This document shows, in pieces, positions 52,065 to 61,604 of a DNA stretch of 62,090 nucleotides; positions within the stretch are counted from its first letter, which is position 1; the number at the start of each line of letters is the position of its first letter. The translations under genes were made by a program, and so were the position numbers. The stretch is taken from positions 1 through 62,090 of the forward strand of contig DUQB01000116.1 in assembly GCA_012838035.1 (NCBI GenBank), written 5' to 3'. A model generated the notes under the pieces. The model did not search any database. It saw nothing but the letters and a program-made list of their open reading frames with translations, and was not told where the DNA came from. Source of the DNA: Bacillota bacterium. GTDB taxonomy: Bacteria > Bacillota > Limnochordia > DTU080.

Positions 52065-53096
52065 CTATGCGCTTTGGGATGCCTGTTCATCGGCCATTTT
52101 CGCCAAAGAGTGGCGGACGCGATGTTCGTGGGCGTAACCATCGGTTTCACGCATCGGTACTAAAGCTTGCACCGGACAAGCTTCTACGCACTTGAGACAG
52201 CCTTTGCAGTACTGATAATCGATGCCGCGTAGGACTTGTGCGGGCTTACCGCGTTTATCGGTTCCTGCCTCCCACACAAAGCACATATCCGGACAGACCA
52301 GATCGCACTGTGCGCAGTCTATGCATTTTTCGCGCAGGTATTGCGGCAGGAAGCCTTGGCGTGAAATGGAGAGATCCTTAAGCACACTGTTACCGGGATT
52401 AGGGATATAGCCTCCGATAGGAGCTGTTTCGTAGCCATAAACGGGTTGAGTGCGAGTAAAGGGTTGCTCGGCCGCATCGGAATCGGAGATCGTTTCCAAC
52501 CGCAGTTCGTCATAGCCGCGCTGGAAGCAACGCAGATTGGCCTCTAGCAGCTGAGGATACTTTTTCCCCAACGTATTGGCGATTGTGTCGCGAATTACAT
52601 CCGCATCCAAGAAGGTGCAAGCCCGGGCTACTGCCCCTAGCATGGCCGTATTCACTCGACTTTTCTCCTGAACGGCAATACTTAGGGCATCAACCACACC
52701 GACCACACCGGCTGTGATACCCAGTTTTTCAGTGATCTCCGCGACTGATTTCGCCGTATTAACAATAATTATGCTGTCTTTATACAATCCGCCTGTAACA
52801 TCGGAGCCGGGTTTAATGAGCGCTTCGTGGAATATGGCAAGCAGATGAGGACGTTCCACAGGAGCGCAACTACGCACCTTTACTTCGGGTGCGCAGAAGC
52901 GAACAAAGGCTTTTACCGACGACCCTTTTTTCTCAGAACCATACGAGGAGAAGTTGGAGCCGTTGAGCCCCATGCCAAGGACACCGCTCTCAGCAAGGAT
53001 TTTGCCGGCGACGTTGGCCCCTAATCCCCCTATGGATTCGAAACGAATTTCATAAAATCCTTCGGGGTTTACTACCGGGAGCTTGATATTGTCCAT
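52065..53096 (-). CDS. 2-oxoacid:ferredoxin oxidoreductase, fused gamma-delta (2x[4Fe-4S]) subunit
   Basis: Gamma motifs EIRFESIGGLG, YGSEKKG and NTAMLG; delta motifs CIDCAQCDLVCP and CKGCLKCVEACP. Confidence 0.88.
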   Translation of the reverse strand: MDNIKLPVVNPEGFYEIRFESIGGLGANVAGKILAESGVLGMGLNGSNFSSYGSEKKGSSVKAFVRFCAPEVKVRSCAPVERPHLLAIFHEALIKPGSDVTGGLYKDSIIIVNTAKSVAEITEKLGITAGVVGVVDALSIAVQEKSRVNTAMLGAVARACTFLDADVIRDTIANTLGKKYPQLLEANLRCFQRGYDELRLETISDSDAAEQPFTRTQPVYGYETAPIGGYIPNPGNSVLKDLSISRQGFLPQYLREKCIDCAQCDLVCPDMCFVWEAGTDKRGKPAQVLRGIDYQYCKGCLKCVEACPVQALVPMRETDGYAHEHRVRHSLAKMADEQASQSA

Positions 53097-53275
53097 GCTT
53101 TTCCCGCCCCAAAGCCTGGTAAAAGGCTTATAATGAAGGGCGGACCTCCTTTCTTGAGCGTGAAGTAGGAGTCAAACGTGTTCTCTACACCCGCTCCGAT
53201 TGTATACTTCAACCCATTAAACCAAGTCAATTATATATCAAGTTGGGGCCATGTGCTATCCATAATAATAGACAT

Positions 53276-53315
53276 TAAAGGGATGTCGGCCTCCATACCG
53301 GTCGACATCCCTTTA
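53276..53315 (-). terminator. Terminator-like hairpin after the HEAT gene
   Basis: TAAAGGGATGTCGGCC / GGTCGACATCCCTTTA inverted repeat. Confidence 0.6.
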
Positions 53316-53338
53316 TCCATCCGCTAGGCTATGCATTT

Positions 53339-54598
53339 TTAGGTATCGTGTCGCCACCATTCCACACTGCTTACAACACGTTCCATGGCAACCTCACGCA
53401 TCGCCAAACGATCTCGAACACCCTGTTCCAAAATTTGCTTCTCTTTTGGCCCCAACTGATCGGTTATGGCGGCGGCAGCGTCATACACATCCTTTTTCGG
53501 CGACTCGGCGGCGAAAATCTCGACTAACGCAGACATCAGTTTACCGCGGTCAACAATGACTAATGCCTGGAGCGCGGCGATTTGTACGGCGGTCACCTTA
53601 TCTTCCGTCACCAGTAGACGTAACTGCGAGGCGACCTCGTCAGAAATCGGCGCTAAAGAGGACAGCTTTGCGGCTACCTGACGTACGACGGGACTCTCTT
53701 CACGCATGAGGTTACGTAAGATGGCCACCAATGGCCCGGACTTGGCGCCTTGCAAAACGCTTTTAGCGCCCTGAGCCAAAGGGGCGTCCGGTAGCCAGCT
53801 GATTAGGCCGGCTTCTTCGTAAGCGAGTAATACCTTCGCGATGCTCAAACGTGTCTTGGGGTCTACCAAAAACAGACCGACCAAATCGGGTATCGCTTCA
53901 GGAGGCATCTGTTCAGCCAGTAGAACAAGGGCGACTGCCCGGATGCGAGCGCTTTTATCCTTTAACCAACGTCTGGCAACAGATGGACCTATTGAGCGCG
54001 CCCCCTCCAATAAGGCATCAAGCGCTTTCTTCTCTAATCGATCGACCTTTTCTCCTTCCGGTTTACGATAAAAACCGATAAGCAGATCCAAGAGATCTTC
54101 ATCAGCCGCTTTACCTATCAGATAGATGACGAGACACTGTAGGAGGTAGTTTTTCGAGCGCAGATCTCGGGCTATAGGAGCATAAAGCTCCTTGCTCGGC
54201 AGAGTAAGCACGATGCGGATCAGCTCGCCGGCCAGCCAACCTTCTTCGGTAAGCGCGATAACACGAAAAAGCGCCGGGAGCGTACTCTCTTCCGTCACAT
54301 CGGCTAAAAGCGCCTTAGCATCTTCTCTGTCCTCATAAAACATATGGCGTATGTGTCGTTCCAGGTCTACAAAGGCATCTTCGTGACGGGCATGCTGCAT
54401 GAAATGGCGGTAAAAATGGACCTGAACAAAGCGCTTCTGGGTGGCGACAACGCGCAAAAAGTAACGACCTTTGCGCGGTGACATCGCCAGCTTCTCCAGC
54501 TCGGCTTGGATGTCTTGGTGCATTTTCTCGCCCTCACCAATTAACAATTCAAAATAACTCTCTACTTTTAGTCGATATGTTTCATTATCCATCCTCAT
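53339..54598 (-). CDS. HEAT/ARM-repeat protein of unknown function
   Basis: Repeated L.D....VR..A..L motifs (LKDKSARIRAVA, MREESPVVRQVA, TEDKVTAVQIAA). Start about 54598 after GAGG. Confidence 0.7.
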   Translation of the reverse strand: MRMDNETYRLKVESYFELLIGEGEKMHQDIQAELEKLAMSPRKGRYFLRVVATQKRFVQVHFYRHFMQHARHEDAFVDLERHIRHMFYEDREDAKALLADVTEESTLPALFRVIALTEEGWLAGELIRIVLTLPSKELYAPIARDLRSKNYLLQCLVIYLIGKAADEDLLDLLIGFYRKPEGEKVDRLEKKALDALLEGARSIGPSVARRWLKDKSARIRAVALVLLAEQMPPEAIPDLVGLFLVDPKTRLSIAKVLLAYEEAGLISWLPDAPLAQGAKSVLQGAKSGPLVAILRNLMREESPVVRQVAAKLSSLAPISDEVASQLRLLVTEDKVTAVQIAALQALVIVDRGKLMSALVEIFAAESPKKDVYDAAAAITDQLGPKEKQILEQGVRDRLAMREVAMERVVSSVEWWRHDT

Positions 54599-54903
54599 GC
54601 CGTCGATGACCTCGCTTAACCATAATTGTTTGCGATAATTAGACGCGGAAAGGATACATGCGCCCGCAAACGGCAAAAAAAGCCGGACAGCAGTGGGCGC
54701 TTAACACGAAGATGGTAGCCCGCTTTGCCTAATTTTGGCTACACGGCAACCTTAGAGAGCCTAAACAGCAGTAAGACGCTTACTGTTGCGTCGTGATCCT
54801 TCGGCTGCCCCTCTTCGATGAACGATTGGCCTGAGACGTTAAAACCTGAGGCGCTACATTTCCTTGCGGTAATATGGCGTGAATCAAGATCTAAACTACG
54901 TCC

Positions 54904-54932
54904 ATTATAGCAAAGGCTACGTGTACTAGCAA
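54904..54932 (-). promoter_or_regulatory. sigmaA promoter about 300 nt upstream of the HEAT gene
   Basis: TTGCTA (54932-54927), 17-nt spacer, TGcTATAAT (-10 at 54909-54904). Confidence 0.6.
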
Positions 54933-55076
54933 ATACGTCGCTCATGTTCGCCTAGTTTAAGGTATGTAGACAGTGGCTACTTTATCGCGCTTTACTGCAG
55001 AGAATTACGCGCGGTATGAATTATATGCATGATCCTCCGGCGACTCCTGTTGGTCGCCGGAGAACGCGGACTCGCC

Positions 55077-55661
55077 TCAGTACTTGTAATCGGAATATGT
55101 AACGGTAATTTTCATCATCCATGGACTCAAGGACCCTTCTTGTTTTTCCAAGTAGGCGACTCCGTCGTTGTATATGTAGGACTGGTCGAGGCTCATCTTC
55201 CCCCAAGAATAGCGTGCCTCAATGCGGATAATTAAATAAGTCGCGGGGTCGATGAGTACGTCGGCTTCTGTGGCGCCGGATGACAAGTGAGGTTTCCGCA
55301 CGCCCTTAAGGGTAAGATACTCTTTGCCGCTCCGCCTGGTTATCCCCGTATACTCCCAGTTAAAACGTTCCATTGCCTTACGAAAATCACTGATGTCTTT
55401 CATCATGTCGGCAGATACGAATGAAGGTGCGTTCTGGGAATCCACCTGAATGTCGCTGCCGTTTTGCGTAATTGTTGAGGTCCAGCGGTAGAATCCCAAC
55501 AATCCTCGAGCATAAGCCTCTTGTTTGTATTGCATAACCACCGGTTGGCGCATGGCTTTATTCATGTTCTCGATAATGCTTGCCGTCGTATATGCGCTTG
55601 CTTGCGCCGCGGTAGGCAGAAGGAGCAATATGAGCATGAAGAGAATGGATGTCCGACGCAA
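55077..55661 (-). CDS. Secreted protein, possibly LolA-like/outer-membrane sorting fold
   Basis: Signal peptide RRTSILFMLILLLLPTAAQA; YLTLKG...VLIDPATYLIIRIE...YSDYKY beta-rich pattern. The N-terminal ~135 aa of the track ORF overlap the opposite-strand gene and were dropped. Confidence 0.6.
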   Translation of the reverse strand: MRRTSILFMLILLLLPTAAQASAYTTASIIENMNKAMRQPVVMQYKQEAYARGLLGFYRWTSTITQNGSDIQVDSQNAPSFVSADMMKDISDFRKAMERFNWEYTGITRRSGKEYLTLKGVRKPHLSSGATEADVLIDPATYLIIRIEARYSWGKMSLDQSYIYNDGVAYLEKQEGSLSPWMMKITVTYSDYKY

Positions 55662-55779
55662 AACGTCCAAAGCCCGTTGATAAACGGCGGATCGTATCGG
55701 CTTGTTTTGCTTTATACCCAGTGATATGCTGGCATTGGACGAACTTGATGATAGGTTCGATTTGAGAGAAGGTGTTTGC

Positions 55780-56661
55780 ATGCCGGATACCATCCAAGAA
55801 CGTGTATGGACTTTTAAGGCCGAGAACGACGCGGACGTCCGATGCTCCGCCTGCGATGTCGCGTTCAAAGCAGGCGATAGAGTGGTGACCTGTCCGCGTT
55901 GCAGAGAGATCCACCATTTCCATTGCTGGACGGAAAAAGGCGCATGTTCAACATTTGGGTGCTCACAACTTGCATCACCCGCGTTGGTTAAAGACAAACC
56001 AAATGTGGGAGATCCCCCTACAAAAGAGTCATTTGCCTGGCTGCCCTGGGTTTTAACCATCTCAATCATCCTCCTTCTTGCCGGAGGTTTCCTCTACAAC
56101 CACATGAAGCGTAGGGATGCCAAGAACATCCTTACCGTAATGGTTCCGGCAGACTTCGATGCTCCCATCATCCAGCAGTTAGGAGAGGAATTCGCTCAGA
56201 AGCATCCTCCCTACAAAGTGAACGTTTTATCGATCCCACAGGAAGAACAACTCTTTTATGAAGAAAAGCTGGTGATTATGCTTGTGGCGCGTGATGCTCC
56301 GGAAATCATATTTTTACCTTATGATCGATTCTTGTACTACGCCCGACAAGGTGCTCTAGCCTCGCTTGAGAGTATCAGGCAAATGGTAAAGGATATTGTA
56401 CCTTACGGAGAGCGACTTGACTATGGCATGTTCGACAACACGCTTTACGGCATTCCACATCCGTCTAAAGCGGGATTATTCTCCATCATTTCGATTACGG
56501 ATAATCAGGAACTGAGTAAGCGACTACTCCTGGAAATCATCGCCGCCATGCCGTATACGGAGGGTATTGACGACAGACGTGCGGCTCCGCCCCCGACATT
56601 CTTGGATGCTCTGAGAAAAACAGCCCAGGAATCGGAAGATGCAGCTGAGCAGCCGGACTGA
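55780..56661 (+). CDS. Prokaryotic RING finger (Prok-RING_1-like) + TM helix + extracellular solute-binding-like domain
   Basis: CSAC...F..GD.VVTCPRC..IHHFHCW...GAC...C; TM WLPWVLTISIILLLAGGFLY; SBP-like EF..KHP..KV...Y.EKL...L....APEI...G.L..L...LYGIP. Start at ATG 55780. Confidence 0.75.
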   Translation: MPDTIQERVWTFKAENDADVRCSACDVAFKAGDRVVTCPRCREIHHFHCWTEKGACSTFGCSQLASPALVKDKPNVGDPPTKESFAWLPWVLTISIILLLAGGFLYNHMKRRDAKNILTVMVPADFDAPIIQQLGEEFAQKHPPYKVNVLSIPQEEQLFYEEKLVIMLVARDAPEIIFLPYDRFLYYARQGALASLESIRQMVKDIVPYGERLDYGMFDNTLYGIPHPSKAGLFSIISITDNQELSKRLLLEIIAAMPYTEGIDDRRAAPPPTFLDALRKTAQESEDAAEQPD

Positions 56662-56771
56662 CCAAACGCAACGCTATTCCCTATCACGGTTTTTAGAGCC
56701 GAACATGTGTATTTTGTTACCGAGATACTCCGAAAAGCATCCGTTGTTCACAGACCGAGCAACCAGATAGT

Positions 56772-56800
56772 ACGCCCTGATGACCTCAGGGCGTCTTCTT
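56772..56800 (+). terminator. Terminator after the RING-SBP gene
   Basis: ACGCCCTGA-tgacc-TCAGGGCGT followed by CTTCTT. Confidence 0.55.
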
Positions 56801-56912
56801 ATAACTAAAGCGATAGTAACCACATACGATGGAGATGCTTATATATAGAGCTGGCCGGCCTCCCGAACGTAAAACCGGCAGGATATGCGCATGCAAGGAG
56901 GATATGTGACGA

Positions 56913-57338
56913 TTGAGAGCCGAAGACTTTTACCAATGTGTTGCCGAGCATTTGAGAACAGACCGTGATAGAGCCAAACAAATTACCCTGTGCGCCCTAG
57001 AGAGCCTTAACCATCGCTTAACACAAGAAGTTGCCGAAGAATTGGCGGCGCAACTACCGCGCGATATGGAACACCGGTTACAAAGCGCCGAATACGATGC
57101 ATCCTGGGATAAGCAGCTGTTTATGGCGCCTTTGATCTGCTTAGCCGATAGTGAAAGACTGCTGAACGAAAAGCATTCTGATCATAATGATCCCCAGCGC
57201 CATGATGTCGTAGTACAACAAATCCAAGGGGTGTTCTCCGCCATCAAGCGGTGCGTTCAACCTAGCACCGTAAAACACCTGACAGCATCTCTCCCACCTG
57301 AAGTCGATCAGTGGTTCATGGACGCACCCTTATCCTAG
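56913..57338 (+). CDS. DUF2267-like protein
   Basis: F...VA........A......L..L..RL....A.ELAAQLP repeat pattern and a second-half LP; SD AAGGAGG. Confidence 0.65.
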   Translation: MRAEDFYQCVAEHLRTDRDRAKQITLCALESLNHRLTQEVAEELAAQLPRDMEHRLQSAEYDASWDKQLFMAPLICLADSERLLNEKHSDHNDPQRHDVVVQQIQGVFSAIKRCVQPSTVKHLTASLPPEVDQWFMDAPLS

Positions 57339-57374
57339 TACAAATGCCGACCGGTTCCCGGCAACCCCAAGTAT

Positions 57375-57404
57375 AAAAACGGAGACGTCCCAGTTAACGT
57401 CTCC
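57375..57404 (-). terminator. Terminator of 6S RNA
   Basis: Minus strand GGAGACGT-taactggg-ACGTCTCC-GTTTTT. Confidence 0.7.
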
Positions 57405-57411
57405 ATAATAC

Positions 57412-57590
57412 AAGACTGCCCTGCCGTTACCCACTGATTTCGAGAACCCACCCAAAAGGGTGGTTGTCCGCACGGCGGCTTTCAACTTCCGGGTCTAGGC
57501 CCGGCCCGTTGGCCACACGCCATATTGGATTCCCGAAGCTGTCTCGTAGGTTCTGAAATACGAGGGGGCTCACGCGCAGCGCAGCCTTCT
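57412..57590 (-). ncRNA. ssrS: 6S RNA
   Basis: About 180-nt rod with closing stem GGCTGCGCTGC/GGCAGGGCAGTC, GAACC/GGTTC pairing and a CACCC..GGGTG hairpin. Has its own promoter TTGAAT-18-TAAGAT (57626-57597) and terminator. Confidence 0.8.
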
Positions 57591-57717
57591 ATAGCTATCT
57601 TACACGCGCGGAGGTACCTAATTCAAGTGGAGACAAGTATCTTCCTCTCTCTAGACTGCCGGTAGAATCTGGTTTACGATGAAAAGGCCAAAATCGTTTC
57701 CTGTAGGAGGGCGCTGC

Positions 57718-58356
57718 ATGCTGCATGTAAATGCGATAGCCGTCGGAGATCTCGCGACCAATTGCTATGTTCTAACCGACACCGAAACCCGTAACGCCGC
57801 AGTCATCGACCCGGGAGCGCCTGACGATCGTCTAGTAACCGCGTTGAAAGGATACAAACTTACCGATATACTCTTAACCCATGCTCATTTTGACCATATC
57901 GGCGGCGTCGGCCTCTTAGCCGATATCTTTACGCCGCAGATATGGATACACGAATTGGAAGCCGCTTGGCTCAACGATCCCGAGCGCAACTTGTCCGCGT
58001 GGGTGAGTCCACTTGCTCATGTTACCGCACCTCCGGCTACGGTAATCATCAAGGAGCATAGGACTTACACGCTTCTCGGCCGTGATTTGTACGTTAAGCA
58101 TACCCCGGGGCACACTCCGGGGCACCTCGTCTACTACATTGAAGACAAGGCCTTTGTCGGCGATCTCATTTTCTGCGGTTCAGTCGGAAGAACAGACTTC
58201 CCCGACGGCGATCACCAAACGCTGCTGCGCAGCATCAAGGCCGAAATACTATCCCTACCTAAGCAAACGCCCCTCTACCCCGGACATGGGCCGGCGACTA
58301 CGGTAGATACGGAGAAGACGCACAATCCGTTCATGCAACAAATGGATACGTTATAG
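57718..58356 (+). CDS. MBL-fold metallo-hydrolase (glyoxalase II-like)
   Basis: THAHFDHIG, TPGHTPG, GD..F.GSVGRTD and PGHG motifs. Start at ATG 57718 after AGGAGG. Confidence 0.92.
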   Translation: MLHVNAIAVGDLATNCYVLTDTETRNAAVIDPGAPDDRLVTALKGYKLTDILLTHAHFDHIGGVGLLADIFTPQIWIHELEAAWLNDPERNLSAWVSPLAHVTAPPATVIIKEHRTYTLLGRDLYVKHTPGHTPGHLVYYIEDKAFVGDLIFCGSVGRTDFPDGDHQTLLRSIKAEILSLPKQTPLYPGHGPATTVDTEKTHNPFMQQMDTL

Positions 58357-58384
58357 CTGCAGGTCAGGGAGAATGAAATAAGAA

Positions 58385-58414
58385 CAACTGCCGGAATCTC
58401 AGCCCCGGCAGTTG
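58385..58414. terminator. Hairpin between convergent MBL and M42 genes
   Basis: CAACTGCCGG/CCGGCAGTTG inverted repeat. Confidence 0.55.
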
Positions 58415-58449
58415 CTTACATAAATGTATACTTAGATCAACCGCACCTA

Positions 58450-59517
58450 TCAACGCGTTAAGCCTTTTACCGTGTTCCAGTCCAGTCTTTTAACCACAGC
58501 GGTCATTAGTTTGACCACTCCGTCGAAATCGTCGCGATGAATGATGGAGGCATGCGAATGGATGTAACGGGTAGGCACGCTTAGTACCAGGGAAGGGACG
58601 CCCTTTCCGTGTAGGTGTATGCGCCCTGCGTCGGTGCCGCCGGCCGCCATGGCATCGAACTGCACGGCAATCCCTTCTTCTTTTGCCACATCCAACACCA
58701 AATTGCGTAAACCCACATGCGGTACCATGGACGCGTCATACAGCATGACGACGGGACCTTTACCCAGCTCGGCCACGGCTTCGTTCGGTTTCATTCCCGG
58801 CGTGTCTCCTGCAATGGATACGTCCAACGCGAATCCAACATCCGGTCCAATGGCATACGCGCTGGTCTGAGCGCCTCGCAGACCGACTTCCTCCTGTACC
58901 GTAGCCACGCCGTAGAACACATTGGGGTGCGGCTCGTTTTGCAGCGCCTTTAGCACCTCAACCACCACTGCGCAGCCGAAACGATTGTCCCAAGCTTTCG
59001 CCAACAGGTATTTCTCGTTGGCCATAACAGTGAACGGACAGACTGGTACGATCGGGTCACCGGGAACGACGCCCTTTTCCTCTGCTTCCTCCTTGCTGCT
59101 TACGCCTATGTCGATGAACATTTCCCGCTTTTCCACCATCTTTTTCCGATCCTCAGGGGCTAGAACATGGGGCGGTTTAGAGCCGATCACGCCGGGCAGA
59201 TCGCCTTTTCGGGTCTTCACCACCACACGTTGAGCCAACATCACCTGATCCCACCATCCGCCGAGGGTCTGGAACCGCAGGAAGCCCTTATCAGTAATCT
59301 GAGTCACCATAAAGCCGATTTCGTCCATGTGTCCGGCCAGCATAATTTTCGGTCCGGTAGCATCGCCCGCCTTACGAGCAATGAGACTGCCCAGATTGTC
59401 ATGATCAAGCTCTGCCAGCGGAGCCATCGCCTGCTCAAGGACATTCCTCACCTCATGTTCGTAGCCGGGTAGGCCTGTCGCCTCGGTAAGCTGCTTAAAA
59501 AACTCTAATTGCTCCAT
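58450..59517 (-). CDS. M42 family metallo-aminopeptidase (TET/YsdC-like)
   Basis: [28 protein letters not shown] and RYIHS motifs. Confidence 0.93.
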   Translation of the reverse strand: MEQLEFFKQLTEATGLPGYEHEVRNVLEQAMAPLAELDHDNLGSLIARKAGDATGPKIMLAGHMDEIGFMVTQITDKGFLRFQTLGGWWDQVMLAQRVVVKTRKGDLPGVIGSKPPHVLAPEDRKKMVEKREMFIDIGVSSKEEAEEKGVVPGDPIVPVCPFTVMANEKYLLAKAWDNRFGCAVVVEVLKALQNEPHPNVFYGVATVQEEVGLRGAQTSAYAIGPDVGFALDVSIAGDTPGMKPNEAVAELGKGPVVMLYDASMVPHVGLRNLVLDVAKEEGIAVQFDAMAAGGTDAGRIHLHGKGVPSLVLSVPTRYIHSHASIIHRDDFDGVVKLMTAVVKRLDWNTVKGLTR

Positions 59518-60209
59518 TATGTCCCTTCCTCCCCTAAGGTACAGATTTGTGCCAGGGCTTCCGCGTCGTACCTGACATGATGTCCTGACAGTTTAGCCAA
59601 CTGACGGCAGAGTTCCTGCGCCACATCATGCAACGGCGGTGGATTAATTCCTAAATTAGCCATAGATGTAACGCCTTTGCCCTGTATACCGCACGGTGTA
59701 ATGCGCTCAAACGCAGCTAAATCAGGATGTACATTGATTGCTAATCCGTGCATGGCTACGCGACGCGACACTCGCACGCCGATGGCGGCGATTTTTGCCC
59801 CTTGTACCCATACTCCCGTATACGGAGCATCTCGGTGCGCCGCAATGCCCCATTTTGCCAAGACGCGTATACATGCCTCCTCCAAGAGACGTAAATAACG
59901 GTGTACATCGTAGTTGACGGCGCTTAGGTGGATGATGGGGTAACCAATGAGTTGCCCCGGACCATGATAGGTGATGCTGCCTCCTCTGCCGCTGCGATAG
60001 AAAGCGGCGCCGCTTTGAGTGAGATCCTCGACCGGGGGCAGATGCTCAGGTTTCGTAGCGGTTCCCGCCGTATATGTAGGCGGATGCTCCAGAGTAAGTA
60101 ATACATCGGGCATCAACTGTCGCGCCCGCTTTTCCAGTAGCATATGTTGCCAATCTAAAGCGGTCACATACGGCTTCCGGCCAAACCAGCCGCACAAAAG
60201 CTCACTCAT
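59517..60209 (-). CDS. lipB: Lipoyl(octanoyl) transferase
   Basis: [34 protein letters not shown] and ITPCG motifs. Confidence 0.93.
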   Translation of the reverse strand: MSELLCGWFGRKPYVTALDWQHMLLEKRARQLMPDVLLTLEHPPTYTAGTATKPEHLPPVEDLTQSGAAFYRSGRGGSITYHGPGQLIGYPIIHLSAVNYDVHRYLRLLEEACIRVLAKWGIAAHRDAPYTGVWVQGAKIAAIGVRVSRRVAMHGLAINVHPDLAAFERITPCGIQGKGVTSMANLGINPPPLHDVAQELCRQLAKLSGHHVRYDAEALAQICTLGEEGT

Positions 60210-60220
60210 GCTCGCTCGTC

Positions 60221-61552
60221 CTAATAGATGGGCGTAGTTTCATCATAAGATTCCAAACGACGCTTGACGGAGCGCAGGAATCTCCCGATGACCGCGCCGT
60301 CCAGAATACGGTGGTCTAAAGACACGCATAGATTCATAATGCTGCGAATGGCGATTCCTTCCCCAACTACTACCGGCCTGCGCGTGATCGTCTCCATGCT
60401 TAAAATGGCTGCTTGCGGATAGTTGATGATCGGCGCCGACATCACGGATCCAAATGCGCCGGTATTATTAACCGTAAACGTACCGCCCTCAACATCCTCC
60501 GGCCGCAGTGCGCCCGAACGCGCCCGCACCGCGAGTTCGTGTACCGCATGTGCCAAGCCCACAATGCTCTTCTTATCCGCGTCTTTAACTACCGGTACGA
60601 TCAAACCGTCTTCTAAATCCACCGCTATACCTAGGTTGATCCGCTTTCTGATGACAATGCGGTCGCCGTCCCACTGGGAGTTTAGAATGGGATACTCGCG
60701 CAATCCCTCTACCGCCGCTTTCATCACAAAGGCCAAATAGGTCAGGTTAAAGCCTTCTCGCTGCGCAAATTCCGCTTTGATCGATTCGCGGAAACGCACC
60801 AACGACGTTACGTCTACTTCCACCATCGTCCAAGCATGAGGCACAATACGCTTGCTTTCGGTCATATGCTCGGCAATATGCCGGCGCATACGTGTAACAG
60901 GGACAACCGCATCTCCTTCAGCGGGGATGATGTTGCGCATTTTGCCGCCACTTGCCGGAACAGCATGCGCCGGCTGAGCTTCTGCGTCATCGGTCTTCGG
61001 TCTCTGCGGCTCCACTTGTCTCGGGTCTTCTTGGGTCGAACCGGTCGGCGCTCCTACGGAGAAAGACGGTAGTGCGCCTTTTAAGGCGGCTTCCACATCT
61101 TTGCGGGTTACACGACCACCGGTGCCATGGCCTTTAATACTGCCGGGATCGAGGCCGGCAGCGGTAGCGATGTGACGCACTGCAGGCGTGTACTTGTGCG
61201 GTTTCGGCGTCTCAGCTTCCTTTAACTCCTCGCCAGAGGATTCCTCCTGTCCGTCCGCATGGTCATCTGCTCCTGCGCTCTGCGCTTCAGGCTGCTGCTC
61301 AGAAGCCGAAGCAGTATCTTCAAGCACTTCGGCAATAGGCATATCCACGCTTACCGTCGCGCCTTCGGGAACCAGTATGGCGCTGATCACACCAGCCACC
61401 GGCGAAGGTATTTCAGCACTCACTTTATCAGTATCAACCTCAACAATCGGCTCATCAAGGGCTACCTGATCTCCGACGGCTTTGAGCCAACGGCCGATGG
61501 TTCCCTCTACAACGCTTTCACCCAACTTGGGCATTCGTATTTGGTAAGGCAT
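60221..61552 (-). CDS. Dihydrolipoamide acyltransferase E2 (branched-chain 2-oxoacid dehydrogenase type)
   Basis: Lipoyl domain MPKLGES...TDKV, PSBD GTGGRVTRKDV and catalytic SLDHRILDG motifs; resembles Bacillus BkdB. Confidence 0.9.
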   Translation of the reverse strand: MPYQIRMPKLGESVVEGTIGRWLKAVGDQVALDEPIVEVDTDKVSAEIPSPVAGVISAILVPEGATVSVDMPIAEVLEDTASASEQQPEAQSAGADDHADGQEESSGEELKEAETPKPHKYTPAVRHIATAAGLDPGSIKGHGTGGRVTRKDVEAALKGALPSFSVGAPTGSTQEDPRQVEPQRPKTDDAEAQPAHAVPASGGKMRNIIPAEGDAVVPVTRMRRHIAEHMTESKRIVPHAWTMVEVDVTSLVRFRESIKAEFAQREGFNLTYLAFVMKAAVEGLREYPILNSQWDGDRIVIRKRINLGIAVDLEDGLIVPVVKDADKKSIVGLAHAVHELAVRARSGALRPEDVEGGTFTVNNTGAFGSVMSAPIINYPQAAILSMETITRRPVVVGEGIAIRSIMNLCVSLDHRILDGAVIGRFLRSVKRRLESYDETTPIY

Positions 61553-61604
61553 AACGTCGGCACCTGCGGCGCCGTTTCACCTCCTGTACATCCGATGAAA
61601 AGTA

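Noticed and set aside
49738-53096. Oxalate oxidoreductase assignment
   Set aside because: The alpha motif is YPITP (PFOR-type), not the Arg-containing variant, and no formate or oxalate genes are nearby.
54675-54897. Firm call as a glycine, c-di-GMP or glutamine riboswitch
   Set aside because: Only fragments of each consensus are present, so it is kept as an unclassified candidate.
55662-56069. N-terminal extension of the 330-aa minus-strand ORF
   Set aside because: It overlaps the RING gene on the opposite strand, is Ser-rich without motifs and precedes a clear signal peptide.
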